A stretch of DNA of 64,000 bases from Hemiscyllium ocellatum. Lineage: Eukaryota. Shown here piece after piece: positions 49,610-63,118 of this stretch; the stretch's first letter is position 1; every line of letters begins with the position of its first letter. Below the pieces are notes generated by a model. That model made no database searches and was not told the origin of the DNA. It worked only from the letters and a program-made list of their open reading frames with translations. Location of the stretch: NCBI RefSeq assembly GCF_020745735.1, contig NC_083446.1, forward strand, positions 5,704,001-5,768,000. Direction: 5' to 3'. The translations under genes and the position numbers were made by a program.

Positions 49610-50240
49610 ACTTCATTGCTAGAGGGCTGGAGTTTAATAACAGGGAGGTTATACTGCAGCTGTATAGGGTGCTGGTGAGGCCATACCTGGAGTACTGTGT
49701 ACAGTTTGGGTCTCCCTACTTAAGAAAGGATGTACTGGCACTGAAGGGGGTGCAGAGGGAGTTGACTAAGTTGATTCTGGAGTTGAGAGCTTGGTTTCTG
49801 AGGACAGATTGAGTAGACTGGGACTGTACTCATTCGGATTTAAAAAAAGGGGGGGTGGGGATCTTATAGAAACATATAAAATGACGACGGGGATAGATGA
49901 GATAGAAGCAGGGAGGTTCTTTCCACTGGGGGGGGGGGGGTGAAAATAGAATGAGGGGGCACAGCCTCAAAAATAAGGGGGAGCAGGACAGAGCTGGGGA
50001 GGAATTTATTCACCCCAAAGGGATGTGAATCTGTGGAATTCCCTGCGCAGTGAGGCTATGTCGCTGAATGTTTATTAGGCCAAGAAAGATATGTTTTTGA
50101 AAGGAATAAAGGATTATGGTGAGAGGGCGGGTAAGTGGAGCTGAGGTCATGAAAAGACTCAGCCACCATCATATTGAATAGTAGAGCAGGCTCAAGGGGC
50201 CGAATGGCCTGCTGCTGCTTCTAGTTCCTATGTTCTTAAG
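49610..50240 (+). mobile_element. CR1 LINE 3' fragment
   Basis: FIARGLEFNNREVILQLYRVLVRPYLEYCVQF. Confidence 0.85.
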
Positions 50241-51644
50241 ATGCTTAACTGCCCCCTGAAATGAGCAAGGCATTCATTTCACGGGGCAGTAAATGCTGGC
50301 CTTGCGGACGGTGTCCACGTCCTGTGAAATGCACCTGAAATGTCCAAGGTGTCGCCTCCTTCAACAGCTTCCCGGTGGCTCTGTGAGGGAAGCGGGGAGT
50401 TGTGTTCCTGCTCTGAGTCCGTGGACCCGGGTTCAAGTCCCACCTGCTCCAGGGAGCAGCGATACTGTCTCAGCTCAAACGGATTCAAAAATATCTGCTC
50501 TATCGCTCTGAATAGGATGTTTGTCAATCTCTGAAACCCTGGGGAGTTCTGCAATGATTTCCTTACTCCCTAAAACCTGTCCACCATCAACAAGGCACAA
50601 GTCAGGAGTATGATGGAATACTCCCCCACTTACCTGGATGAATGCAGCTCCATCAACACTCAAGAGTCTCAACACCATCCAGGACAAAGCATATTTCATT
50701 GGCACCACGTTCCACTGCCAATGGCTGGCGATATTGGCACAATTTCCTGTGCTTTACCTGTCTTAGGAGTGTCTGATGGAGGCAGAGTCTAGGGACTTTT
50801 ACTCCAGTTTGAGAATGTATCTAACCCCATGCTATCCCAGGAAGTGTCTGAGGGGGGCAGTGTCAAACACGCTTTACTTTCAGTTCGGAAGTGTAGAGAG
50901 AGCTTTACATTCTGTTTAGTAGCGGGAGCTTTACTCTGTATCTAACCCTGTGCTGTCCCTGTCCTGGGAATACCTGATGGGGAAAATGTTGAGGTAGCTT
51001 TACTTTCTGGTTACATTCAATTCAAAAAGAGTAGAGGGAGTTTTACACTGTATCTAACCCCACGGTATTCCTAAGCTTTGAGTGTTTGATAGGGGCAATG
51101 TCAAGGGAGCTTTGTTTTGAGTTTTAAAAAGTAGAGAGAGCTTTACTGTGTCTGTAGAGATATGAATCGTAGAATCCTTGTATCGTGGAAGCAGGTCATT
51201 CAGCCCATCATGCCCACATTACCCCCTCACAGGACATCCCACCCAGACACACCTCCTCTAGCCTATTCCGGTGACTGCATTTCCCATGGCTAATCCACCT
51301 AGCCTGCACATTATGGGCAATTTAGCACAGCCGATCCACCTAACCTGCGCATCTTTGGACTGTTGGAGGCAACTGAGCACCCAGAGGAAACCCACACAGA
51401 GACAGGTGGAGAATGAGCAAACTCCACGCAGTCAGTCGCCCGAGAGTGGGATCAAATCCCAGTCCTGGCCCTGTGAGGCAGTAGTGCTGATCACTGAACC
51501 AACACGCTTTCCCCGTCTTGGGGTGTTTGATGGGGATGTAAAGTAGAAAATAGTCCATTCTGAACACCAAAATCTCCCCCGGAGATGGAAGATAAATATC
51601 AGGCAGCACAACGCATATCCAAAACCAAAGGTAAGTCAAATTCA

Positions 51645-51650
51645 TTTATT
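51645..51650 (-). terminator. Polyadenylation signal (AATAAA) of FAM89B; second candidate at 51844-51849
   Basis: AATAAA on the minus strand at the end of an AT-rich block, followed by a T/GT-rich tract. Confidence 0.6.
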
Positions 51651-51899
51651 TGTAATTAATGGTTACAGGTCATGTGATAAAACCATACATTGTATAACTT
51701 AACATGTGTCTGCTGTTCAACTGAAAAATAAAGCAATGCTAAATATAAATTATACAAAAACTCCTGTCTTTCAACATAGGTTTCAGAATTCTAACTTTAT
51801 AACATGAACATGAGTTTTGTTTCAAGGTAACAAACATCTCAATTTTATTGTCAGCAAATTACATTGCCAGCTACAAGAGATGAACAGGACAGAAATCCT

Positions 51900-52345
51900 G
51901 GATCACATACGGACTCTTACTTGGGGATGGCTCTGACACACACACTGACCCTTATCGGGGTTTGGGCCACACACATGCACACACACAGACTCTCACTGGG
52001 GTATGGGTGTTCACACACAGACTCTCACTGGGGTATGGGCGTTCACACACACACACACACACACAGACTCTCACTGGGGTATGGGCGTACACACACACAC
52101 ACACACACAGACTCTCACTGGTGTATGGGCACACACACACACACTCACTGGGGTACAGGCGCTCACACACACACAGACTCACACTGGGATATGGGCGTTC
52201 ACACACACACACACACAGACTCTCACTGGGGTATGGACTCACACACAGACTCTCACTGGGGTACAGGCTGTCTCTCTCACACACACACACACAGACAGAC
52301 TCTCACTGGGGTACGGGCTCTCACACACACTCACTGGGGTATGAA
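51900..52345 (+). repeat. Compound minisatellite [(CA)n-GACTCTCACTGGGGTATGGGCGTT] in the FAM89B 3' UTR
   Basis: About 11 units seen directly. Confidence 0.92.
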
Positions 52346-52917
52346 ATCTGATTCTGAACAGGGAGAGTTTGCCCTGATTTTGCTACAATCGCAGATAAAA
52401 GAAAATTGACTTTGGCAGACTGCGTCAGAATGAGGAAACAATCTCTTGCTCAGAATTCCCGAGCAATGGATTGAGTCGACAGGAGAGTCGAGGCCGCTGC
52501 ATGCCTGTCGATTGGAATTCGGAATGCATCAGGAAACCAAGGCGGTGTGGGAAGGTGCAGCCAATTTGGTGGGAGGGGAGCTCCAGAAGTGACCAGATGC
52601 AATGCGGCCGTGTGCTCTCTCCTCCCTCCCACTTTTTCCAATCCCACCCTCTCATCCCAGACCCTCGGGAATCTGTGCGGTCATGAGGCTGCTCTAAGTC
52701 CCCTAACGTCACCACGGGAAAAGAAATCTGCCTTCCTGACCCTTAACCGCCCCATTTAGGTAACAGGAGCCCAGTCTCTCAGCTCTCCACCACTTCCACG
52801 AGGGATGACAATAAATGGTTGACCCTGCCGGTGAAAAACGCATCGCAGGAATGAATTTTTTTTTAAACAAAAGGAAAGGCAGAACCTGGAAGCGGTATCA
52901 GCGAGAGTGTCTGTTGT

Positions 52918-53430
<513 letters not shown>

Positions 53431-54219
53431 TCAGTCAGGGGTCAGAGGTAATCAGCCAGGGGTCAGCTGCTCCCAATCTCTGTCATCTCCACCCCTCCCT
53501 GAGGAATCAGCCAGGCGTCCCATTCCCGATGGCGGATGGGAGACCCCAGGGTTAGGGAGAGGGAAGGGAAGGGTGCATCAGTCTGGATTCCTGCTTATCC
53601 AAACCCCACGTCTTCAAAAGCTCTTGATTAAACTGTGCTGAGCAGAAGCACAGAATGGAGTGCTTGTGCTGGGAGGGAGGGTGTAGCAAGGGCTGGACTG
53701 TCCATGTGGGACAGGGTAGAGCCCAGGGGGTCATAAAGCCTGTTCCTTCTGCACAGGAGCTTGGCAAGTGCAGGGAGTTTGTCCATGCAGAACCTTTTAG
53801 CTGGAGACGTTGCCTGTTTAGAAGTTTGAAGGAAGGGTAGGGGGCTAAGGGAACTGTCCTGATCAACTATACCGGCCTGCAGTCCGCTGGTAAGCGGGTT
53901 ATTCAGGATGCCCTGTGAGCCAGATGCAAGGACAGGCTGGACAGCCTGAATAAACAGGAGCAGATGTGGCTGCAGGTCCACTGGGCCTTAAACACAATCC
54001 TCGCCTTCCATCAGCAGGTGCTGGATCCGACAGAAAGAAACAAAGTGCCCCTTCAGGCACAGCACGAGCAAAAGCAGACATTGTTCACACTAGGCCAGGC
54101 CAGGACAGGCACAGCTTGTTCAGAGCACTCCCTGTGCTGAGCTCAGCTCCAGGCCAATATGTACATGCACAGGAAAGGAAAATAGTTCAGCTGTGGTTTG
54201 TACAGTATCATGATCCGCG

Positions 54220-54856
54220 AGCCCCCATCCCAGTGAGAGTCTGTGTGTGTGTGTTGGGGGGGGGGGGGGGAGCCCATACACCACTGAGAGTTAGAGTGTC
54301 TGTATGTGTGAGAGAGAGAGATCAATCCTGTGCCCCAGTGAGAGTCAGAGTGTGTGTGTGAGCCCGTATCACAGTGAGAGTCTGTGTGTGTGTGTGTGTG
54401 AGAGAGAGAGAGTGAGATCCCATGCCCCAGTTAGTGTCAGTGTGTGTGTGAGAGAGAGATCCCATGCCCCAGTTACCCAGTTAGTGTCAGAGTGTGTGTG
54501 TGGGATCCCATATCCCAGTTAGTATCAGTGTGTGTGTGTGTGTGTGATCCCGTGCTCCAGTTGGTGTGAGTGTGTGTCTGTGTGTGTGTGTGTGATCCCG
54601 TGCCCCAGTTAGTGTCAGAGTGTGTGTGTGTGTGGGATCCCATATCCCAGTTAGTGTCAGTGTGTGTGTGTGTGGGATCCCATATCCCAGTTAGTGTCAG
54701 TGTGTGTGTGTGGGATCCCGTGCCCCAGTTAGTGTCAGTGTGTCTGTGTGGGATCCTGTGCCCCAGTTAGTGTCAGTGTGTGTGTGTGTGTGTGTGTGGG
54801 ATCCCGTGCTCCAGTTAGTGTCAGTGTGTGTGTGTGTGGGGGATCCCGTGCCCCAG

Positions 54857-54892
<36 letters not shown>

Positions 54893-55141
54893 ATCCCATA
54901 TCCCAGTTAATGTCAGTGTGTGTGTGTGTGGGATCCCATATCCCAGTTAGTGTCAGTGTGTGTGTGGGATCCCATATCCCAGTTAATGTCAGTGTGTGTG
55001 TGGGATCCCATATCCCAGTTAATGTCAGTGTGTGTGTGTGTGGGATCCCATATCCCAGTTAGTGTCAGTGTGTGTGTGTGGGATCCCGTGCCCCAGTTAG
55101 TGTCAGTGTGTCTGTGTGGGATCCTGTGCCCCAGTTAGTGT

Positions 55142-55174
<33 letters not shown>

Positions 55175-55234
55175 ATCCCGTGCTCCAGTTAGTGTCAGTG
55201 TGTGTGTGTGGGGGATCCCGTGCCCCAGTTAGTG

Positions 55235-55266
<32 letters not shown>

Positions 55267-55444
55267 ATCCCATATCCCAGTTAGTGTCAGTGTGTGTGTG
55301 TGGGATCCCGTGCCCCAGTTAGTGTCAGTGTGTCTGTGTGGGATCCTGTGCCCCAGTTAGTGTCAGTGTGTGTGTGTGTGTGTGTGGGATCCCGTGCTCC
55401 AGTTAGTGTCAGTGTGTGTGTGTGTGGGGGATCCCGTGCCCCAG

Positions 55445-55492
<48 letters not shown>

Positions 55493-55876
55493 ATCCCATA
55501 TCCCAGTTAATGTCAGTGTGTGTGTGTGTGTGTGGGATCCCATATCCCAGTTAGTGTCAGTGTGTGTGTGGGATCCCATATCCCAGTTAATGTCAGTGTG
55601 TGTGTGTGTGTGGGATCCCATATCCCAGTTAGTGTCAGTGTGTGTGTGTGGGATCCCGTGCCCCAGTTAGTGTCAGTGTGTCTGTGTGGGATCCTGTGCC
55701 CCAGTTAGTGTCAGTGTGTGTGTGTGTGTGTGGGATCCCGTGCCCCAGTTAGTGTCAGTGTGTCTGTGTGGGATCCTGTGCCCCAGTTAGTGTCAGTGTG
55801 TGTGTGTGTGTGTGGGATCCCGTGCTCCAGTTAGTGTCAGTGTGTGTGTGTGGGGGATCCCGTGCCCCAGTTAGTG

Positions 55877-55911
<35 letters not shown>

Positions 55912-56340
55912 TCCCATATCCCAGTTAATGTCAGTGTGTGTGGGATCCCATATCCCAGTTAGTGTCAGTGTGTGTGTGTGGGATCCCGTGCCCCAGTTAG
56001 TGTCAGTGTGTCTGTGTGGGATCCTGTGCCCCAGTTAGTGTCAGTGTGTGTGTGTGTGTGGGATCCCGTGCTCCAGTTAGTGTCAGTGTGTGTGTGTGGG
56101 GGATCCCGTGCCCCAGTTAGTGTTAGTGTGTGTGTGTGTGTGTGTGTGTGAGATCCCGTGCCCCAGTTAGTGTCAGAGTGTGCGTGTGTGGGATCCCATA
56201 TCCCAGTTAGAGTTAGAGTGTGTGTGTGTGTGTGTGTGTGAGCCTGCACCCCAGTGAGATTCAGAGAGAGAGAGAGAATAGAGTGAGTGAGTGAGAGAGA
56301 TAATGTACTCCAGTAAGAGTGAGTGTGTGTACCCCAGCTA
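54220..56340 (+). repeat. Compound minisatellite [CCCAGTTAGTGTCAG-(TG)n-GGATCCC(GTG/ATAT)] in the FAM89B intron
   Basis: About 2.1 kb of units with variable TG tract. Confidence 0.95.
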
Positions 56341-57655
56341 GAGTCAGCAATGCTGCAAATGGATCCTTGTACGAACATCGGCTAAAAGCTGGCCTATGGG
56401 AACCTGTGTGTGAACTGGATTCCAGTCTGACAAAGACTTGAACACACAATGCAGGCTGACCTTGGCCTTGCTGTGGTGAGGGAGTGTTAACCTCGGATGA
56501 GCCTTTTTTCAAGTGAGGCGTTAAACTGAGCTTTTTTCTCCCTTCTCACATGGACGTATAAAAAGATCCAGTAGATGTAGGAACAGAAGTAGGCCATTTG
56601 GCCCATTGGGTCTACTCCAGCATTCAATGATCTGATCATCTTCAACTCCACTTTCCTGTCTTTTCCCCTGACTGATTAGAAATCAGTCTTTGTTAGCTCT
56701 GAGTCTACCTAATAACCCAGCACTGAAAGCTCTCTGCAGTAAAGAATTCCTCGGTTTCCCTATCTTATGTGAGAAGAAATTCCTCCTCATCTCCATCTTA
56801 AATGACCCTTTATTCTGAAATTATGCCATCCCTCCTGGACACTCCCACAAGAAGGAACAACAAAAAGATATTAGAAGCTGGAGAGAGTTCAGAAGAGCTT
56901 TACCTGGATGGGAATACAAGGTTTGAGTTATAAGGAGGCTGGCCCTTCTTTGTCTGCAGCGTAGGAGGTTGAGGGGTGACCTTATCGAGGTTTATAAAAT
57001 CATGAGGGGTATAGGTAAGGTGAATGACAGGTGTCTTTTCCCCAGGGTGAGGGATTTCAAGACTAGGGGGCACTTTTTTTTAAAAAAAGGTGAGAGGAGA
57101 AAGATTTAATAAAGACATGAGACTTTTTTTTTAAAACAGTGTGTGAAATGAATTTCGAGAGGAAGTATTGGATGAGAGGACAGTTACAATGTTTGAAAGA
57201 CATTTGGATAAGGACATGAATGGGAACGGGTTTGGAGGGATATGGGCCAGAAGCAGGCAGGTGGGACTAGTTTAGCTTGGGACTGTGGTCGGCATGGGCC
57301 GGTTGGGCCGAAGGGTCTGTTTCCGTGCTGTATGACTCTGTAACCTCTGCATATCCACTCTCTCAAGCCCTCTACGAATCTTGCATGTTTTAATAAGGTT
57401 GCCTCTCATTCTTCTAAGCTCCAATGAGCACAGACCCAACCTCCCCTCATTAAAAAAGAAATCCCTCCATAACCAGGATCAGCCAAATGAACCTTCTCTG
57501 GACTGCCTCCAATACTTTAGATAAGGCAACCCAAAATTGACACAATACTCCAGCTGTAGTCTGACCAATGCCTTGTATGGTTTTAGTGAGTACTCCCTGT
57601 TTTTAGCTTCCATTTCCTTTGAAATAAAGGCCAACATTCCATTTGCCTTCCCTAT

Positions 57656-58168
57656 TACCATAAGACCATAAGACATAGGAGTGGAAGTAAGGCCATTCGG
57701 CCCATCGAGTCCACTCCGCCATTCAATCATGGCTGATGGGCATTTCAACTCCACTTACCCGCATTCTCCCCGTAGCCCTTAATTCCTCGAGACAACAAGA
57801 ATCTATCAATCTCTGCCTTGAAGACATTTAGCGTCCCGGCCTCCACTGCACTCCGCGGCAATGAATTCCACAGGCCCACCACTCTCTGGCTGAAGAAATG
57901 TCTCTGCATTTCTGTTCTGAATTGACCCCCTCTAATTTTAAGGCTGTGTCCACGGGTCCTAGTCTCCTCGCCTAATGGAAACAATTTCCTAGCGTCCACC
58001 CTTTCCAAGCCATGTATTATCTTGTACGTCTCTATTAAGTCTCCCCTTAATCTTCTAATACAATCCCAGGATCCTCAGCCATTCCTCATATGTTAGACCA
58101 ACCATTCCAAGGATCATCCGTGTGAATCTCCGCTGGACATGTTCCAGTGCCAGTATGTCCTTCCTGAG
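57656..58168 (-). mobile_element. Young CR1 3' fragment nested in an older CR1
   Basis: ORF 57745-58008 TRTRGHSLKIRG...FFSQRVVGLWNSLP; CATAAGAC tail repeat. Confidence 0.85.
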
Positions 58169-59003
58169 GAATTTGGATGTTAGCTTTTATGTAATTCATC
58201 GCAAGGACATCCAATTCCCTCTGCGTTGCAGCATTCTGCACTCTTTTCCCATTTAAATAATATTCAGCTCTTGTTCCTGCCAAAGTGCATAGCCTTGAAT
58301 GTTCCCATATACCTGGCAAGTTATTGCCAGTTCGCTTAGCCTGACGATATCCATTAGATATAGGAGCAGAATTAGGCCACTCGGTCCACCAAGTCAGCTC
58401 TGACATTTGACCATAGCTTCTGTGTTCCTCAGCCCCATTGTCCTGCCTTCTCCCCGTAACCCTTGATCTCCTTACCAATCAAGAACCCCTATCTCTGATA
58501 CTCAGTCACTAGGCTTCCACAGCCCTCTGTGACAATGAGTTCCACAGATTCAATACCCTCCGGGTGAAGACGTTTCCCTTCATCTCCATTCTCAAGGGTC
58601 GTCCTTTCCCTCTGAGGCTGTGCCCCTGGTCTCTGCTAACAGTGGAAACATCTTCTCCGTGTCCACACTATCTAGCCCTCTTTCTGCAGGTATCAGTTAG
58701 ATCACTTGAGGGTGGTACGTGTGTGGAATGAGCTGCCAGAGGATGTGGTGGAGGCTGGTACAATTGCAACATTTAAAAGGCATTTGGATGGGTATATGAA
58801 TAGGAAGGGTTTGGAGGGATATGGGCTGGGTGCTGGCAGGTGGGACTAGATTGGGTTGGGATATCGGGTCAGCACGGACAAGTTGGACCGAAGGGTCTGT
58901 TTCCGTGCTGTACATCTCTATGATTCCATCACAATCTCAGGCAATACATCCCAGAACCTGACCACTTGCTGTGTGAAAAAAAAAAGATTTTCCCGGTCTT
59001 CGT

Positions 59004-59325
59004 GGGCGGCACGGTGGCACAGTGGTTAGCACTGCTGCCTCACAGCGCCAGGGACCTGGGTTCAATTCCCGCCTCAGGCGACTGACTGTGTGGAGTTTGC
59101 ACATTCTCCCCGTGTCTGCGTGGGTTTCCTCCGGGTGCTCCGGTTTCCTCCCACAGTCCAAAGATGCGCGGGTTAGGTGAATTGGCCATGCTAAATTGCC
59201 CGTAGTGTTAGGTAAGGGGTATATGTAGGGGTATGGGTGGGTTGCGCTTCGGCGGGTCGGTGTGGACTTGTTGGGCCGAAGGGCCTGTTTCCACACTGTA
59301 AGTAATCTAAGTAATCTAATCTAAT
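59004..59325 (+). mobile_element. Full-length V-SINE (HE1-like)
   Basis: GGGCGGCACGGTGGCACAGTGGTTAGC head, V-domain, (TAATC)n tail. Confidence 0.9.
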
Positions 59326-59664
59326 CTTAACTTTGCTTTATTTCTAATTACCATAAATCCACATCCCCTCATTCTCAAATCTTTGATCGGAGGGGGAAAT
59401 AGTTTCTCCTTATCCTGCCCGAGACCCTTCAGAATTTTTAAAATCTCTATCAAATCACATCCTCCGAGGAAAGCAGCCCAAATCTATCCATGTGACTAAC
59501 GTTCCTCATCCCTGGAACGATCGTCCGATTATGGATGGCAAGACAGCACCATCAACCCAGAGTCATGGGTCTGCATTGTGTGGTCAGGTACCCTGAAGAT
59601 ACAAGGTGGTAAATGTCAGGAGACAACAGTGTAGTGGCAACAACACTAGACTGCTGTAGCACAG

Positions 59665-60108
59665 ATATTGTGAAACTTGAAAGAGTTCAGAAAAAGGTTT
59701 GTAAGGATGTTGTCAGGGTTGGAGGGTTTGAGCTACAGGGAGAGGCTGAACAGGCCGGGTCTGTTTTCCCTGGAGCGTCAGAGGCTGACCTTATAGAGGT
59801 TTATAAAATCATGAGGGGCCTGGGTGGGGTGAATAGCCATGGTCTTTTCCACAGAGTAGGAGAGTCCAAAACTAGAGGGCATAGGTTTAGGGTGAGAGGG
59901 AAAAGATATAAAAGGGACCTAAGGGGCAACATTTTCCACAGAGTATGGTGCGTGTATGGAATGAGCTGTCAGAGGATGTGGTGGAGGCTGGTACAATTGA
60001 CATTTAAAAGGCATTTGGATGGGTATATGAATAGGAAGGGTTTAAGAGGGATGTGTGCCAAATGCTGGCAAATGGGACTAGATTAATTTAGAATATCTTG
60101 TCAGCACA
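59665..60108 (+). mobile_element. CR1 LINE 3' fragment
   Basis: DIVKLERVQK...DLIEVYKIMRG...TRGHRFRVRG. Confidence 0.88.
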
Positions 60109-60417
60109 GTCAGCCTCCAACACTCCAACCTACTCACCGTCTCCCTATAAGCTCAAACTCCTTGCAAATCCTTTCTGAACTCTTTCAAGTTTAACAACAT
60201 CTTTCCTATAGCAGGGAGACCAGAATTGAACGCAGTGTTCCAAAAGTGGCCTCACCAATGTCCTGTAAGGCTGCCAAAATGAGCTCCCCTCTCCTGTACT
60301 CCACACACTGACCAGTAATGGCAAGCCTCACAGTCGGGCTGAAGGGCCTGTTTCCCTGCAGTATGACCCTGTGCGCTTGCAAGGCACGCAAGGCCTGGGA
60401 CGTGGTCGTTAAATTGG

Positions 60418-60592
60418 GCAAAAGTGAGGACTGTAGATGCTGGAGATCAGAATCTAGATTAGAGTGGTGCTGGAAAAGCACAGCAGGTCAGGCAGCATCC
60501 AAGGAGCAGGGAAATGGACGTTTTGGGCAAAAGCCCTTCATCAGGAATGAAGCCTGATGAAGGGCTTTTGCCCGAAACGTCGATTTTCCTGC
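60418..60592. mobile_element. Penelope-derived hairpin element (family A) with hammerhead cores on both strands
   Basis: GCCCTTCATCAGGAA...CCTGATGAAGGGCTTTTGCCCGAAACGTC. Confidence 0.8.
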
Positions 60593-60840
60593 CCCACGGT
60601 TGTTAAATTGTCCGTAGTGTCAGGTGCATTTGCCAGAGGGAAATGGGTCTGGGTAGGTTACTCTTCGGAGGGTAGGAAGGACTTGTTGGGCCGAAGGGCC
60701 TGTTTCCACACTGTAAGGGAATGTAATCTAAAAAAAAAGCAGGGCTTGACGGTCCTCTCTGACTTTTTTTTTGCCAATGGGTTGGGTAGAGGAAGGGGGG
60801 AGGGGGGATGGAGGGGTGTACAGTAGGGGCCTTGGCTTAC

Positions 60841-61089
60841 CATCTCCTTCCTCAATAAGGCCAGGGCTGCGTCCAGATTGGCCGGCTTGTTCCTCAGGAA
60901 CCTCTCGGTGGCCAAGTGGGGCCGGCTCAGCTCGTCCTGGATCATGGTCTTCTTGGCGTAGAGCCTCTCCACGTCCCTCCAGGAACCGCCGCTGGAGTTG
61001 AGGATCCCGCTCAGACCCTTGGGTAAGGGGGGAAGCCCCTCAATGCCAGCAACCAGGCTCCCGGAGGAGTCCTCCTGACTCCCGTTCAT
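60841..61089 (-). CDS. FAM89B: FAM89B (leucine repeat adaptor protein 25), coding exon 1
   Basis: MNG...GLPPLPKGLSGILNSSGGSWRDVERLY...NLDAALALLRKEM; donor ATG|gtaagc, phase 0. Confidence 0.93.
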
Positions 61090-61183
61090 ACCCTCTCCTT
61101 CTCTCAGCTGTCTACCTGGTTCATGCAGCAAGGTGTTTCCCCAAGCAGTGTCTTCGCCCGGTATCTCAGTCAAAGTTTCCTCT

Positions 61184-61430
61184 NNNNNNNNNNNNNNNNN
61201 NNNNNNNNNNNNNNNNNNNNNNNNNNNNNNNNNNNNNNNNNNNNNNNNNNNNNNNNNNNNNNNNNNNNNNNNNNNNNNNNNNNNNNNNNNNNNNNNNNNN
61301 NNNNNNNNNNNNNNNNNNNNNNNNNNNNNNNNNNNNNNNNNNNNNNNNNNNNNNNNNNNNNNNNNNNNNNNNNNNNNNNNNNNNNNNNNNNNNNNNNNNN
61401 NNNNNNNNNNNNNNNNNNNNNNNNNNNNNC
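61184..61430. other. Assembly gap (247 N)
   Basis: Run of N. Confidence 1.
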
Positions 61431-61808
61431 TCCCCCCTCCTCCCTCTCTCTTCCTCCCTCTCCCCCCTCCTCCCTCCTCCCTCTCTCTTCCTCCCTCTCC
61501 CTCCTCCCTCTCTCTTCCTCCCTCTCCCCCCTCCTCCCTCCTCCCTCTCTCTTCCTCCCTCTCCCCCCTCCTCCCTCTCTCTTCCTCCCTCTCCCCCCTC
61601 CTCCCTCTCTCTTCCTCCCTCTCCCCCCTCCTCCCTCCTCCCTCTCTCTTCCTCCCTCTCCCCCCCTCCTCCCTCCCTCCCTCCCTCCCCCTCTCCCCAC
61701 TCTCTCCCTCCCTCTCCCCCCTCCTCCCTCTCTCTTCCTCCCTCTCCCCCCTCCTCCCTCTCTCTCTCCTTCCCCCCTTCCTCCCCCTCTCTCTCTCCTC
61801 CTCCCTCC
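61431..61808. repeat. Pure C/T low-complexity tandem repeat (GA-rich on the FAM89B sense strand)
   Basis: About 380 bp almost entirely C/T; recurring unit CTCCCTCTCTCTTCCTCCCTCTCCCCCCTC. Confidence 0.95.
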
Positions 61809-61971
61809 AGGAAACGCTACCGCCTATGAACACAAGTTCGAAACCAGTCTTGCACGCACACTCTCCCCCTCTCTTTCTAATTCTTTCCTTTTTGTTCGAA
61901 GCTAAACCTCTCGCTCCCTTCCAGCCGCACACACACACAAGGAAGCAAACCTTGCAGCCTCTGAGTTGCTG

Positions 61972-61977
61972 TTTATA
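61972..61977 (-). promoter_or_regulatory. Candidate TATA box of FAM89B
   Basis: TATAAA on the minus strand, with a TGACGT CRE-like site (about 62057) and a GC box (about 62116) upstream. Confidence 0.4.
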
Positions 61978-63083
61978 AAGGGACTGGGTTCCCCTCTTGT
62001 ACAGACCCTGTTCTTTGTTTACACACCGACACGCCCTAAGACTGACCCAACGCAAAACGTCAAGGCGTGAGGGGTATTTCCTTTCAAACTTTTATTTTGT
62101 TTGCGACACCTCTGTCCCGCCCCATAATAGTTTACAAACACCCCTCCAAAGCCCAGACCAACAATTCATGCTATTTCCGCATCTGAGTTTTGTTTTCACA
62201 CACAAAAAAAAGGATTTTTATTTGTGTATGTGTATTAAATCCCACTGGTGATTTCTGCACCATCTTTCCTCTCCTTCCAACCCTCGCTAATAATTTCTGA
62301 GATGAGCCACCCCTCTCTCTGTGCTGAGGTGCTGGCAATAAAGAGGTACAGCATAATCCCACAAGCACGGGGATAAATAATCAGAGCGATGTACAGCACG
62401 GAAACAGACCCTTCGGTCCAACTCGTCCATGCTGACCCAGATATCCTAAATTAATCCAGTCCCATTTGCCAGCACTTGGCCCATATCACTCTAAACCCTT
62501 CTTACTCATATTCCCATCCAGATGCCTTTTAAATCAGGGTGGGCTGTAGGTGCTAGCCACTGTGGCTCAGTGGTTAACACTGCTGCCTCACAGCAGGGAC
62601 CCAGGTTCGATCCCCATCCTCAGATGACTGTGTGGAGTTTGCACATTCTCCCCAGGTCTGTGTGGGTTTCCTCTGGGTAGCTCTAGTTTCTTCCCACAAT
62701 CCAAAGAGGTGCAGGTCAGGTGGATAGGCCGTGCTAAATTGCTCGTAGCGTTAAGTGCAGACCTAGATGTAGGGGAATGGGCCAGGGTGGGTTACTCTTC
62801 AGAGGGTCAGTGTGGAGTTGTTGGGCCGAAGGGCCTGTTTCTACACCGTAGGGAATCTAATCTAAAATATTGTCATTGTACCAGCCTCCACCACTTCCTC
62901 TGGCAGCTCATTCCATACACACACCACCCTCTGTGTGACAAAGTGGTGCCTTTTAAATCTTTCCCCTCTCATCCTAAACCCTGTGCTCTCTAGTTCTGGA
63001 CTACCCCATCCTGGTCAATTTACCCTTTCTGAGGTGGTGTCCGTTCTGAGGAGGTTTATAAAATCATCTGATTAGGTGACAAT

Positions 63084-63118
63084 CACCTGATGAAGGAGCG
63101 TCGCTCCGAAAGCTAGTG
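63084..63118 (+). ncRNA. Minimal type I hammerhead ribozyme motif (family B, intact) in 143-bp element 63068-63210
   Basis: CAC-CUGAUGA-A-GGAGC-GUC-GCUCC-GAAAGCUA-GUG; palindromic AGCU stem III; 11-bp TSD TATAAAATCAT. Confidence 0.75.

Noticed and set aside
54220-56340. CRISPR-like constant repeat with variable spacers; many Cys/Val or His/Thr ORFs
   Set aside because: The spacers are only (TG)n length variants in a eukaryotic intron; no cas genes; the ORFs are microsatellite translations.
59004-59080. tRNA-like sequences at SINE heads
   Set aside because: They continue directly into V-domain and LINE-derived tails, so they are SINEs and not tRNA genes.
60658-62055. 465-aa ORF and the opposite-strand Pro/Ser/Leu-rich ORFs
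   Set aside because: They run through an N gap and a stop-free low-complexity tract; only 60841-61089 is FAM89B coding.
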